Below are positions 50,224 through 60,614 of a DNA stretch of 64,000 nucleotides, piece by piece (position 1 is the stretch's first letter; each line of letters opens with the position of its first letter). The stretch spans positions 80,230-144,229 of the forward strand of contig JAYSTI010000001.1 in the NCBI GenBank assembly GCA_043719805.1. Direction: 5' to 3'. Source of the DNA: Candidatus Lloydbacteria bacterium. Lineage in GTDB: Bacteria > Patescibacteriota > Minisyncoccia > Phycocordibacterales > UBA6899. Both the position numbers and the translations under genes were made by a program. The notes beneath the pieces were generated by a model that ran no database searches, was not told where the DNA came from, and saw only the letters and a program-made list of their open reading frames with translations.

Positions 50224-50323
50224 AGGGCTACACTCTATCAAACAGCCCCAAATTTGGCAAGAATGAAAGAATGAATGCGAAATCCACATAGAAAAACCCC
50301 TCACGAGGAGGGGTTCGGAATCG

Positions 50324-50821
50324 TCACTGCAGTGACCGGGAGACAGGCTCGGCAAAATAGAGCGTGCACGCATCGTGAATCTTTGCACGATCTGCCTGAC
50401 TGAAAACGTGAGCGATGAAATCGAGAGCATTTGGCCACCCTCTCTCAATAACGAGCAGTGAGCTTTTGTGACCGATGAGCGGTGCGAGCACACTCATGCG
50501 CTCCGCATCGTTATCCCAATAGGTCATCACATTCGCGGCATCAAAACACCCCTTGAACACAGCCGGCGACGGCGGCTGACAGACAGCCATCAATCCCATC
50601 GCACCACAGACGAGGTCAGATGCTCGTGGCACCGCCCCGGCTTCAAGTGTCCGCTCAAGCTTTATAAGAAAAGGTTCTTCGCCGTAAGTAACCACGATGC
50701 CGAGCTTTCCATCATCGTTGATCCAAACAAGTCCCACCTCCCGACCGCCGACCGCAAAAACAAGAATCGGTGTGCAGTTTACCGTGATGTCTTGACTCAC
50801 ATTCGTACTCCCAAGTAACAT
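50324..50821 (-). CDS. Hypothetical protein
   Basis: GGAG SD before MLLGST; terminator AACCCCTCACGAGGAGGGGTT downstream. Confidence 0.55.
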   Translation of the reverse strand: MLLGSTNVSQDITVNCTPILVFAVGGREVGLVWINDDGKLGIVVTYGEEPFLIKLERTLEAGAVPRASDLVCGAMGLMAVCQPPSPAVFKGCFDAANVMTYWDNDAERMSVLAPLIGHKSSLLVIERGWPNALDFIAHVFSQADRAKIHDACTLYFAEPVSRSLQ

Positions 50822-50857
50822 CTCACTCCACCCTATCAAAGTACGACGAGAATGCAA

Positions 50858-50921
50858 TTCGCCGATGATGAGCGCGTCCGAGAGGACTTACTCATGTAAG
50901 TTTTCCGGACCGCCTGGCGAA
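50858..50921 (+). repeat. Partial/variant family-1 element (apical hairpin)
   Basis: GTCCGAGAGGACTTACTCATGTAAGTTTTCCGGACC matches the apical part of copy F. Confidence 0.7.
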
Positions 50922-50957
50922 GTCAGCGCAAAAGTGCGTCAATTTTACGAATTCAGC

Positions 50958-51084
50958 CTAAATTCCTGATTTTGGATGAAATACGAAGTGCTGGAGATTG
51001 GCGGTGTGACGCAGGCGTACTCATAGTACGACCGCTAACCCGCGCAATTGAAGCACGAGTAGCTCGCCAAAATCAGGAATTTAG
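50958..51084 (+). repeat. Palindromic element family 1, copy G (overlaps the stop codon of the adjacent gene)
   Basis: Perfect 18-bp IR CTAAATTCCTGATTTTGG/CCAAAATCAGGAATTTAG; apical GGCGTAC-TCATA-GTACGAC. Confidence 0.85.
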
Positions 51085-52485
51085 AGGGTCGATCATGGTG
51101 GTCTGGATAGACTTTGCCTTGGTCATAACTTGCGTCCCATAAGTAGCCGCCCAACTCGATGCACTACACTTACTCCCCGAAAAATATCGGCACGCTGCGT
51201 CGCGCTCCGCACTATATGAACTAGGCTTTGCCCCAAGGTCGGTAAGATACATTCCTGCAGCCATAAATGCGTCACGCGCACTCCACGGGTCCGCAGCGTC
51301 AGTACCCAACGCCTTCATTATCCGTTTTTCAAACATCACCCACGTTGAAGGAATGAATTGCGCCGCCCCCATTGCGCCGCCCCAACCCACCTCCTGCGGA
51401 CACGATACGCGCGTATCGTACGGATCCTTGCCAAGCGCTGCGGTTATCAACAAAAACGGTGGAACATCACGAGTAGGGTTCATCACTTTTTGTTTTGCAT
51501 TACCACTTTTTGCAGAAACACCTGCTCCCGTCGCGCGATTCTTCAAGATGCACGAACCCTGATTTGCGCCGAAGCTAGACTCCTGCATAAAGACCGCAAG
51601 CAGAAATGCGGGACGAATGCCGGTCTTCCCGGAAACGGCAACCGCATAGTCGTATGCTTTTCCAAATGAGATCTCACCGGAATCGCGAAGCGCAAAAAGT
51701 GCGGTGCGAATTTCTGCTGCTCGTTTTTTGCGGTCCGCAAGAACTTTTGAATATTCTGCCTCCTTGTTCTTGGTAATTTTTAGTAAACGGTTTTTTTCCG
51801 CCTCATTTGACTGCACAATGCTCTTACTGCGCTCAAGACCCGCCTTGGCGTCCATTTCCTGCTGTTGTTTTGTTTCCAGTGCTTCTTGCGCTGATTCGTT
51901 TTCAGCTTTCGCGCTTCTTAATGCATCAGCTGAATTCTTGAGACCTGCACGAATAGAATCAAATGAATCAAGGTCAATAAAAAAACTCGAAAGATCTTCT
52001 TTCGACAAAAGCATTTCGGGTAACGATGCTTGGTCGAGCTCGTTTGTCTTTCGTATCAATTGCGCCAGTGACTGCTTCTCGCGGTCGATGCGCAACACAA
52101 GATTTCTTACGGTTCTCGATTTCTCCATTATTCCGACACCAAGTTGCGCGACGAGCACACCCTGTCTCTTGATGAGCACATTCAGGCGGTCGGTATTTGC
52201 CTTTAGAAGCTTAATGTCACCGGTCAAACTCGTCCCCTCAGTCTTCAGTCCGCCGATGGTGTTGGTTAGGCCGGCAATTTCCTGATTGACGCCATCAAGC
52301 TCATTTTGCAGTTGGGACTCCTTGTCGGCGCTCGCAACCGACATCCCCGTCTGCGCGATCGCCACATGATACGCGGGAAAAAATATTGAGAAAATCGCAC
52401 AGAGGAGTAGTGCAAAACAAGCCAATTGTTTTTTCTGCAAACCACGTACTCTCGATAAGGTGCGCATCATGTAGTTGGAGCACAT
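51073..52485 (-). CDS. Secreted coiled-coil protein with C-terminal lytic transglycosylase domain
   Basis: Long coiled coil; QESSFG, GAMGAAQFIPSTW, DAFMAAGMYL. Confidence 0.88.
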   Translation of the reverse strand: MCSNYMMRTLSRVRGLQKKQLACFALLLCAIFSIFFPAYHVAIAQTGMSVASADKESQLQNELDGVNQEIAGLTNTIGGLKTEGTSLTGDIKLLKANTDRLNVLIKRQGVLVAQLGVGIMEKSRTVRNLVLRIDREKQSLAQLIRKTNELDQASLPEMLLSKEDLSSFFIDLDSFDSIRAGLKNSADALRSAKAENESAQEALETKQQQEMDAKAGLERSKSIVQSNEAEKNRLLKITKNKEAEYSKVLADRKKRAAEIRTALFALRDSGEISFGKAYDYAVAVSGKTGIRPAFLLAVFMQESSFGANQGSCILKNRATGAGVSAKSGNAKQKVMNPTRDVPPFLLITAALGKDPYDTRVSCPQEVGWGGAMGAAQFIPSTWVMFEKRIMKALGTDAADPWSARDAFMAAGMYLTDLGAKPSSYSAERDAACRYFSGSKCSASSWAATYGTQVMTKAKSIQTTMIDPLNS

Positions 52486-52574
52486 TATACCACCTCATAC
52501 GACGTGAAAACAAAAGACACCACGAGTGGGGCGAAATCGCCATAGCTCGTGGTGTTTTTGAGTTGCACGCAGTA

Positions 52575-53216
52575 TTATGCAGCAGCTTCGCTCTCGCCCT
52601 CTTCTTCTTTCTTTCCCTTCTTCTCAACTTCGATAGCAGACATGTCAATCGATGTGGCTGCTTCCTCCTTTTCTTCATGCGGAGAAGTAACGCCGGCGAT
52701 GACCTCCGTGAGAGGCACCATTGACTCTACTCCATCACCAAGCACGAGGTCGGCAACTGTAATCTGGCTATCCATAGCAACAAGCTTCGAGAGGTCTACG
52801 ACGAAATGCTGCGGAAGTTTTCCGGGAAGTGCTTCGATGCGAATCTCGTGCATCATTCTCATGGTGATACCACCAAGCTTTTCCGCCGGTGCGACACCAA
52901 TGAATTCAACGGGGATATCCACCTCAATCTTATGATCCTTCGCAACGACGTAAAAGTCCGCGTGGATTGCGTCTCCAATGACCGGATCGAGTGCAACGTC
53001 GTGAATCATCGCATCGATGGTTCCTGTCGGGGTCTTGAGCGAAATAAGTGCCGATGTTCCTGCCGCCTGATACGCCTTCACAAAGGCAATCTTATTGACG
53101 GTAATAGGCGTCGATGGGTGCGAAGATCCGTAATAGACCGCAGGAATGTTTCCACCCTTTCGAATCATTTTCGGATTTACTTTCACGTCCCGTGCTTCTA
53201 CGGTTATTGTTATCAT
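52575..53216 (-). CDS. rplY: 50S ribosomal protein L25/Ctc
   Basis: IPAVYYG, HADFY, IPVEFIG..PA, IEALPGKLP. Confidence 0.95.
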   Translation of the reverse strand: MITITVEARDVKVNPKMIRKGGNIPAVYYGSSHPSTPITVNKIAFVKAYQAAGTSALISLKTPTGTIDAMIHDVALDPVIGDAIHADFYVVAKDHKIEVDIPVEFIGVAPAEKLGGITMRMMHEIRIEALPGKLPQHFVVDLSKLVAMDSQITVADLVLGDGVESMVPLTEVIAGVTSPHEEKEEAATSIDMSAIEVEKKGKKEEEGESEAAA

Positions 53217-53230
53217 AATCGAAAAATTAT

Positions 53231-53358
53231 TGTAAAACCTACGTAAATAGCGAACTTCTTTGTTGTGAGACCCCAGACACTCGGTCAACATATGGGAATA
53301 TGCCTTCATCGTGTCCCTCCCAACGCCGCGAATTTCATCTATTTACCCATGTTTTACA
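53231..53358 (-). repeat. Palindromic element family 1, copy H (upstream of rplY)
   Basis: Minus strand GATGAAATTCGCGGCGT...GAAGGCATATTCCCATATGTTGACCGAG...CAACAAAGAAGTTCGCT; IR TGTAAAAC/GTTTTACA. Confidence 0.88.
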
Positions 53359-53482
53359 CTGGTTAATATGCCGCATAGCATAGCAAATACTGGACTTTAT
53401 GCAGTATTGACAATACTAGCACGTCATGCTACAATTCAAAGCAGACAACAACACTGCGCGCCCGACGGCGGAAGGAGCTCCC

Positions 53483-53833
53483 ATGTTTCCAGGAACACAA
53501 GCGTATCCCGAGGGTCGGTACAGGCCAGTGCGAATTGACAATGCTGGTTGGGATGTCTGGTGTGCGACAGGCGCATCGCAGATTCTCGCTACGCGCGAAT
53601 ATGAGCCCTTGCTTGATGCGAATCCCAAGGACTCTTTCCTTGTCAATTTTGCGAACGGCTCGTGCGCCAACGTTTGGCCTGCGCATCCACTCTGGATCGC
53701 ACTAAAGGGTCTTGTGACCAAGGGGTACACGGTCGAAGTGTTTTCCCTCTCTGTGCGCGGCACCTACGGGTTGTGGACTGGTGAGGAAGGCTCCCTCGGT
53801 TGCTTCGACGCCATCAAGATCACAAAGAAGTAA
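53483..53833 (+). CDS. Hypothetical protein
   Basis: TTGACA-17-TACAAT promoter, AAGGAG SD, terminator GCCCGA..TCGGGC. Confidence 0.65.
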   Translation: MFPGTQAYPEGRYRPVRIDNAGWDVWCATGASQILATREYEPLLDANPKDSFLVNFANGSCANVWPAHPLWIALKGLVTKGYTVEVFSLSVRGTYGLWTGEEGSLGCFDAIKITKK

Positions 53834-54039
53834 GCGAGCCATCCTCGCTCAATGCCCGATTCGTCGGGCTTTTCTATTTATAAATTTGTGCTTGCGTATC
53901 TCTTTTTCACATCAATGTTCAATATTTTAAGTCATTTTTTCATCACTTTTTGCCGGGGCCTCGCCTTGACATTTTTTTAGTTAATACAAAAAACCGATGC
54001 GCACTTTTTTGGCATCGGCTTTTTTATTAATATCTGAAA

Positions 54040-55008
54040 TTACTGCACTGCATTCACGGGAATCTTCCCATCAAAGAATGCGATGAGATTTTCCGCCGCA
54101 ATCTTTGCCATGCCCTCACGCGTCGGCACCGAGGCCGATGCAATGTGCGGAGTGATGACAACATTTTCACAATCAGCGAGCCCCGGTGCAAGTGCGGGCT
54201 CGTTCTCATAGACATCGAGTCCTGCGCCTGCGATAGTCCCCGTTTTGAGTGCAGCAACCAGTGCGACCTCGTCTATGACCGGTCCGCGCGACGTATTCAC
54301 GAGATATGCAGTCTTCTTCATCATCGCAAGTCGCTCTGCATTCATAAGATGCTTAGTAGAGTCAAGAAGCGGAACGTGAATCGAAACAACATCTGCTTCA
54401 CGAAGAACTTCCTCAACTGTTGGGAAATATCGCGCACCGGTCGCCTGCTCAAAATCAAGATTCTGTTTTACGTCGTAGTAGATGACGCTCATATCGAACC
54501 CGTCCTTCGCATGGTGCGCAAGGCGTGTACCAATGCGCCCGGCACCCAAGATGCCGATAGTCTTTCCGGTGAGGTCCATTCCAAGCAACATCATTGGCCC
54601 CCAACCCTGATACTTTCCTGCGCGGGTAAGCCTGTCTCCTTCCACTGTACGCGTCGTACACGCAAGGACGAGCGCCATTGCATGCTCGGCAACAGTATTC
54701 GTAAGTGCCCCCGGAGTGTTCGTGATGGTGATTCCGCGCTTCTTTGCCTCCGGAACATCAATATTGTTGAACCCAACAGCGTAATTGGCAAATATCTTTG
54801 CCGTTGGCACTGCATCGTACACCTCGGCGTTAATGGTATCAGTGAGGAGCGAAAGGACTCCATCATATGGCTTTGCGCGAAGTGCACCGAGCAATTCTTC
54901 TTTGGTGAGTACACCATCTTTTGTGCTCACATCGAGCGTAAAACCTTTATCGCGAAGCATGGCGAGTCCGAGCTCGGGTATAAGTCGTGTAACGTAAATA
55001 GTTGGCAT
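54040..55008 (-). CDS. D-isomer 2-hydroxyacid dehydrogenase (glyoxylate reductase / D-glycerate dehydrogenase)
   Basis: AVGFNNID, GILGAGRIG, NTSRGPVIDE, LDVYENEP, TPHIAS. Confidence 0.93.
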   Translation of the reverse strand: MPTIYVTRLIPELGLAMLRDKGFTLDVSTKDGVLTKEELLGALRAKPYDGVLSLLTDTINAEVYDAVPTAKIFANYAVGFNNIDVPEAKKRGITITNTPGALTNTVAEHAMALVLACTTRTVEGDRLTRAGKYQGWGPMMLLGMDLTGKTIGILGAGRIGTRLAHHAKDGFDMSVIYYDVKQNLDFEQATGARYFPTVEEVLREADVVSIHVPLLDSTKHLMNAERLAMMKKTAYLVNTSRGPVIDEVALVAALKTGTIAGAGLDVYENEPALAPGLADCENVVITPHIASASVPTREGMAKIAAENLIAFFDGKIPVNAVQ

Positions 55009-55034
55009 GGAAAAATAATTAATTAACAAACATA

Positions 55035-56342
55035 TTAGCGATTGCCCGATGCAAGTACTGCGCGTGTCATTGGTCCGAAAAATCCCGTCGCAGGAAGAGC
55101 GCGCTCTTTTTGAAGCTTAATAAGCGCGGCCTTCGTGAGCTGTCCGAAATATCCGGTTGCGTTACTCGCGAGATACCCTCTTCCGATGAGTAACTCCTGA
55201 AGTCGCGTCACATCTTCTCCTCGCGAACCCACAGTCAGATTGCGAGAAAATGAAGACACGAGTATCGGCATCATCCCTCTGGGCTTGTCGTCCAAAGGGA
55301 CACTCGTCACGGTAAGTGTACCGACTCCGGCAGTGACACTTGGTGTCGCAGTGCCAACCCGCACGCGCACAGTACTATCGATGGGTCCGCCCTTCCCAGT
55401 ACACGCTATTGCATATACTTGATCAGCACCGAGATTACTCATGACGCGTGAACCCGAGAGGTCGAGCGCGCCGGACCAGTCTCCGCTTGCAGTACATGAA
55501 TCAACCTTTGCTGCTGTCCAATTGAGCGTAACGGAACCTTTCGCCTCAATACTGTCGCTTGATATTGAGAATGCGAGCGTCGGACGAATCGCAAGGGGAA
55601 CCGTAGGCTTGCCGGCATTGCCCTCATTGTAGAGTGAGGTCACCTCCTCCATGGTGAGTGCGCGGCTGTAAAGACGCAATTCATCAATCATTCCGTTAAA
55701 TGAACCAAGAAGTGGGTTCGCCTCCGACATTCCGATACGATAGGAAAGCACTTGATTGGTGAAGTCGGGAAACCATCGTCCAAGATTTTCTCCGGCAACG
55801 CCTATCTCCTCACCGTTCACATACAATTTGTACGAAACAGTATTGGCCGTAAGAACGAGATTGTACCACTCGTTTCTATTCAGTATGGTCATCCCCTGCA
55901 CCTTGCGGTCCGACCCTCCGGGGTCAGTACGAAATTGCAGCTGGGGACGGCCCTCGTAGTCAACAGACAGAAGCACATAAACGTTATTGTCGCTCGTAGA
56001 CTTTCCAGAAAAAATTACGTTGCGACTGTTCAACTGCTCCATCCGAAACCATACAGATAGCGTGCCTTGGCTTCCGGTCAAAAAACTATTTGGGAGTGCG
56101 ACACCCTCACCGTCCAATCCGTCCATGCCGAGTGCAGTACCAATCTTCCCCCCGGCCCAGCCGAGACCCGTGGAGCTTCCCACCAAGACGCCATTTTGCC
56201 CACCAATGTCGCGGACACTTTTCCCGGTCGCATCATCAAACGACCAAAAATTGGTGTAATCACTCGTTGCAGCGAACGCCGGTGTTGCGACAAAAAAGAA
56301 CGCTACTGCCACACACGCGCCAAGCTGTCTTATTGTTTTCAT
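55035..56342 (-). CDS. Secreted LamG/ConA-like lectin protein with peptidoglycan-binding domain
   Basis: Signal peptide; WSFD, LYVNG, FNGMIDELRLYSRALT; C-terminal LTVGSRGEDV...TGFFGPMTR. Confidence 0.87.
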   Translation of the reverse strand: MKTIRQLGACVAVAFFFVATPAFAATSDYTNFWSFDDATGKSVRDIGGQNGVLVGSSTGLGWAGGKIGTALGMDGLDGEGVALPNSFLTGSQGTLSVWFRMEQLNSRNVIFSGKSTSDNNVYVLLSVDYEGRPQLQFRTDPGGSDRKVQGMTILNRNEWYNLVLTANTVSYKLYVNGEEIGVAGENLGRWFPDFTNQVLSYRIGMSEANPLLGSFNGMIDELRLYSRALTMEEVTSLYNEGNAGKPTVPLAIRPTLAFSISSDSIEAKGSVTLNWTAAKVDSCTASGDWSGALDLSGSRVMSNLGADQVYAIACTGKGGPIDSTVRVRVGTATPSVTAGVGTLTVTSVPLDDKPRGMMPILVSSFSRNLTVGSRGEDVTRLQELLIGRGYLASNATGYFGQLTKAALIKLQKERALPATGFFGPMTRAVLASGNR

Positions 56343-56380
56343 AATTGAATTGTTACTATTAATAATTTGGCTCCAGTAAA

Positions 56381-57424
56381 TTACAAATCCTGACTCCCGG
56401 AAACGAAATCGCCTCCGAGCGACGCAGTTTCGAGCTTTCCATCACGCGCATCAACGGCAATTTTTAACTGGTGCGCAAAAATGTCCATTGCTCCCTTTGT
56501 GTCTTCACGGTGCGCCGCCCAATGCTTGAGCACCGGGTCTTGTAGGGCGCGTGAAAACGAAAATGTCATACCCCATGGGTGCGGACCCTTCTTCGCAATA
56601 GCATCAAGATTAATAAACGCCTGCGTCGGAGTCTGCCCTCCGGAAAGAAAGACGACTCCCCCAAGTTCATGCGGCACATGACCATGAAGCGCACGCACGG
56701 TGCGTATTGCAACATCTTCCGCCGACAAAAGCTGTCCGGATTCTTTTCCGGGAATGACCATGCTTGTCTTCAATATCGCCCCCTGCATATACACCTTGTA
56801 CTCTTTCATAAATGAAAAGAGCATGTCATAGACTTTGGTGATGACGTCATCGCACTCTTCTATTGTGTGTGTCCCGTCAAAAAGCACCTCAGGCTCAACG
56901 ATGGGAACGATGTCATATTCCTGACACAGTCTCGCATAGCGAGCAAGAATAAATGCATTCGCCCCAATCAGGTTATCACTCGGAATCCCAGGACCGATAG
57001 CGATGACTGCGCGCCACTTCGCGAATTTCGCCCCAGCATCGCGATATTTTGCGAGGCGTTCAGGAAGTCCGTCGAGTCCTTTTGTCAGCTTCTCTCCGGA
57101 AAACCCCGGGAGGTCTACCAATCCTTCGTCTACTTTTATGCCGGGAAGTATCCCAGCCTCGGTGCAATATTCTCTGAATGGTTTCCCATCTGTTGTCGAT
57201 TGCCAAAATGTTTCATCATAAAAAATGACTCCCGAAAGTATTCCCTTCGCCTCCGGTGTGGTGAGCAATATTTCGCGATACTTCCGACGATTTTCCTCGG
57301 TCTCCTCTACGCCAACTGCGACAAAACGCTTATTTGCACTTCCCGTCGACTCATCTGCGGCTAAAATTCCCTTTCCGGGCGACACCAAATATTTCGCCGT
57401 CGCTTCAAGTAATTGTTCGTTCAT
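56381..57424 (-). CDS. fba: Fructose-bisphosphate aldolase class I
   Basis: KGILAADES, GIKVDEG, FAKWRAV, PIVEPEV, FLSGGQ, FSFSRALQ. Confidence 0.95.
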   Translation of the reverse strand: MNEQLLEATAKYLVSPGKGILAADESTGSANKRFVAVGVEETEENRRKYREILLTTPEAKGILSGVIFYDETFWQSTTDGKPFREYCTEAGILPGIKVDEGLVDLPGFSGEKLTKGLDGLPERLAKYRDAGAKFAKWRAVIAIGPGIPSDNLIGANAFILARYARLCQEYDIVPIVEPEVLFDGTHTIEECDDVITKVYDMLFSFMKEYKVYMQGAILKTSMVIPGKESGQLLSAEDVAIRTVRALHGHVPHELGGVVFLSGGQTPTQAFINLDAIAKKGPHPWGMTFSFSRALQDPVLKHWAAHREDTKGAMDIFAHQLKIAVDARDGKLETASLGGDFVSGSQDL

Positions 57425-57556
57425 ATGGCAAAAGTATAACATTCCCGATTGACGATTGCGAGAATGCTTGTAAGGTGATAAATGCTTCACAATTCCGTGA
57501 GGTGCTGTACCTTTTCAACCCTTCATCTAAGGCTATATAAAGCCAGGAGGTTCTCA

Positions 57557-58498
57557 ATGTCTCAATCGTCACACGTCACGCCACTCCCCGAACATGAGGC
57601 GCGCGAGCTCATCCAAAAATGCTACTTGCATGGCCGCAAGGTCGGATATTACCTCGGCCCAAATCGTTTCGCGGATAGACTTTTTGGAACAGTCGTCGGG
57701 ACTGGAGAAAAACTCGTCTCTCGCGGTGGCCGCAACCACAAGCTGGCCGGCCGCTACCTCGACTTCACCAAGTTGCGTATTGCCCCCACAAAGGGTGGGC
57801 CCGAAGTACTTTGCAGCATCAACAACGGAACTGTTGGACCAATGTTCCCGTTCGACGGCGCAGATGCGGCATGGATGACCGAAGAGGAAATGTTGGGCAT
57901 GGCGCGAATCCTCATTTATTCCGGACCTCTTCCTGAAACTCCGTTTTGGGAAGGCGATTGCGTCAAACTTAAGAGCATGAGTCGTAGGGCCGACCCCAAA
58001 GGTTGGACCGTGAAGGAAATCGATTATGATTCCCCGCCCAACACTGATGACTATGTATACCGGATTACCAGTACGCGCCCTGAACTGCGCCAGGAGTATT
58101 GGGGCGCTGGACTCGAACTCCTCGCTCGCGGCAATCTCTGGAAGATGGAGCATGGCGAGCCGACGAGCTTCGAGAGCATCGAAGACGAGGCAGCGTTCTA
58201 TAAAACTCTCGAAATGTCACGAAACGTCACAGACGTCTACGCCACTGAACAAATGAGGCTTGCATCTTCAACCGAGTTTAACAATGCGAAGGAAGAGAGA
58301 AGTTTTTACGCGTCCATGACAGCAACATTCTCTGAGGCAATTGCGGCGCTTAGGAGCGGCAAAGCAGACGAGATGAAGCTCAAGGACAAAACAAAAATGA
58401 CCTATGCGGTCATCAAGTACGACAACGAGGAATTCGGGTCACGCATGCGTGCACACACGCTCGCAAAATTCGGCCTCGGAGAAGGCGTTTCGGCGTAA
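57557..58498 (+). CDS. Hypothetical protein
   Basis: AGGAGG SD; 313 aa; terminator AAGCACCTTCGGGTGCTTTT. Confidence 0.7.
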   Translation: MSQSSHVTPLPEHEARELIQKCYLHGRKVGYYLGPNRFADRLFGTVVGTGEKLVSRGGRNHKLAGRYLDFTKLRIAPTKGGPEVLCSINNGTVGPMFPFDGADAAWMTEEEMLGMARILIYSGPLPETPFWEGDCVKLKSMSRRADPKGWTVKEIDYDSPPNTDDYVYRITSTRPELRQEYWGAGLELLARGNLWKMEHGEPTSFESIEDEAAFYKTLEMSRNVTDVYATEQMRLASSTEFNNAKEERSFYASMTATFSEAIAALRSGKADEMKLKDKTKMTYAVIKYDNEEFGSRMRAHTLAKFGLGEGVSA

Positions 58499-58649
58499 CC
58501 ACCATCAACACAAGCACCTTCGGGTGCTTTTTATTTGGCAATTTTCGTTGCAGACAACTTCTCCAAGGTCTTACCTTTCAAAGCAGGGAGAGGTCTTAGT
58601 CCTCCCTTAAAGCTATGATATAATTTCCTTAACAAGCTAATATTCATTT

Positions 58650-59666
58650 ATGGAACAAGAATACGATTTTATCGCTTTGGGAGATACGGTGACTGATGCG
58701 TTCATCAATATCGCAAAGGCAGCCGTATACAAAGAGCATGACCAAGACGGTGACGGAAGTGTCGACGAGGAATTATGCTTCCTAAACGGCGCAAAGATTC
58801 CCTACGAGGAGGCAACGATTATTCCCGCAGTCGGCAACTCCGCAAATGCGGCAGTTTCCGCAGTGCGACTTGGACTCAAAACCGCGTTTGTCTCCGACGT
58901 CGGCTCGGATGAGCATGGAGTAGAGATACTTGAGACACTCAAGAAGCAGGGCGTTGATACCCGCCTCGTGCGCGTCCACGAAGGAATGGCCTCAAACTAC
59001 CACTACGTCCTCATGCACGGACCGGAGCGCACCATTCTCATCAAGCACGAAAAGTATCCGTACAAACTTCCTGCTGACATGGGCACACCGAAGTGGTTAT
59101 ATTTTTCGTCGGTCGGAGATGACTCGCTGTATTACCACCAAGAAATTGCCGCGTATCTTGGCGCGCACCCAAATGTGAAACTCGCGTTTCAGCCGGGCAC
59201 CTACCAAATAAAATTCGGAAAGGAGGCGCTCAAGGATCTTTATGTGCGCACAGAGGTCTTCTTCTGCAACGTTGAGGAAGCCCGCATCATTCTCGGTGTA
59301 AACGAACCGGAACCTGGAAAACTTCCAAAAATGATGAGTGCGATAGGCCCAAAGATAACGGTTGTCACCGACGGACCAAAGGGTGCATACGCGTACAGCA
59401 GCTACACCGGCAAATCATACTTCATGCCCACATACCCGGACCCAAAGCCGCCGGTATCCCGTACGGGCGCAGGTGATGCGTGTTCCTCGACTATCACCGT
59501 TGCACTCTCGCTCGGACTTCCACTTGAGACTGCACTCCAATGGGGCCCAATCAACTCAATGAACGTCGTCCAGCACGTTGGAGCACAGACCGGACTCCTC
59601 ACGCGTGCGGAGCTCGAAACGCTCCTCGCGGCGAGACCCGACTACTACGTCGCCAAGGAGATCTAG
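58650..59666 (+). CDS. PfkB family carbohydrate kinase
   Basis: GNSANAAV...LG, FQPG, NVEEA, TDGPKGA, TGAGDA. Confidence 0.93.
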   Translation: MEQEYDFIALGDTVTDAFINIAKAAVYKEHDQDGDGSVDEELCFLNGAKIPYEEATIIPAVGNSANAAVSAVRLGLKTAFVSDVGSDEHGVEILETLKKQGVDTRLVRVHEGMASNYHYVLMHGPERTILIKHEKYPYKLPADMGTPKWLYFSSVGDDSLYYHQEIAAYLGAHPNVKLAFQPGTYQIKFGKEALKDLYVRTEVFFCNVEEARIILGVNEPEPGKLPKMMSAIGPKITVVTDGPKGAYAYSSYTGKSYFMPTYPDPKPPVSRTGAGDACSSTITVALSLGLPLETALQWGPINSMNVVQHVGAQTGLLTRAELETLLAARPDYYVAKEI

Positions 59667-59810
59667 AGAGTTCGCTAAATTGCCATGACTGCTTCGTTGT
59701 GGAGCCTCTGTGCCTCACTCAACGTATATGAATACGTTCTTCCTCGGCACTTTCTCCACGTCTCGCATTCAAGACAATTTATCGACTCTCATGAAAGAAA
59801 AAACAGAGCC

Positions 59811-60035
59811 TCAGGGCTCTGTTTTTGTAAGTACACCACCTTCGCCCTGCATACGAATACGATTTTCCTCGACGCAGCGCGACAAATGCATTTCGAAGGA
59901 GTGCCAATTGATTTCCCTCGCACAATGAGGGCACTTCACGCAACACTCATGCGCATGCTGTATCGTTCCCGCGGGGAATTTGTGGCATGGGCAATTGCAG
60001 ACCTCGAAGTCACTCGCACACAGTCCGTTAAACAT
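59811..60035 (-). CDS. Small Cys/His-rich putative metal-binding protein
   Basis: GAGGAG SD; CNCPCH, HAHECC, CPHC, HLSRC in 74 aa. Confidence 0.55.
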   Translation of the reverse strand: MFNGLCASDFEVCNCPCHKFPAGTIQHAHECCVKCPHCAREINWHSFEMHLSRCVEENRIRMQGEGGVLTKTEP

Positions 60036-60084
60036 TATTGATTCTCCTCAAAATTTCTCTCCACAGCCTAGCACGATTACCAAA

Positions 60085-60489
60085 CTAGACAAACGGATGC
60101 TCGATGAGGATGCTCGATGCAGGACTTGAGACGAGACGCGTCGCCACAAGCACAAATACGACGATAAAACCAAAAATGAATGCGACAAAAACCGAGGCGG
60201 ATGCAATGTCTTTGCTTGCCGCGGTGAGCGGATGCCTCTCAGGATGAATGCGATCAAGCATTTTTTCAAACGCAGTATTCATGAGCTCGACCAACAGAAT
60301 TAGCAGGAAGGAAAAAGTAAGAGCAATAAGTTCCCAAGGTAGGAGCGGGTACAAATACCACGACACAAGAAGATAAATCGGCAGACCATAGTTCACCTCC
60401 ATCCGAAAACTTTTGTCGTGCGCATACGCATGGCGAAGGCCCAAAAGCGAGTAGGTCACACTGCGAATTATTTTTTTCAGATCGTTCAT
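60085..60489 (-). CDS. dgkA: Diacylglycerol/undecaprenol kinase family protein
   Basis: ELMNTAFE, KDIASASV, three TMs. Confidence 0.88.
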   Translation of the reverse strand: MNDLKKIIRSVTYSLLGLRHAYAHDKSFRMEVNYGLPIYLLVSWYLYPLLPWELIALTFSFLLILLVELMNTAFEKMLDRIHPERHPLTAASKDIASASVFVAFIFGFIVVFVLVATRLVSSPASSILIEHPFV

Positions 60490-60614
60490 GCATCTATAAT
60501 ACCACGGCGGGAATCAGTCTGTCATACCACAACGGGAAATCCCCAATTCCTTTACAAATACATGTCATGCGGTAGATTAGATGAGGATTTCTCACACACC
60601 CCGAAAGGCTCCCG

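Noticed and set aside
53217-53309. N-terminal extension of L25
   Set aside because: Derived from repeat copy H; the canonical start is at 53216.
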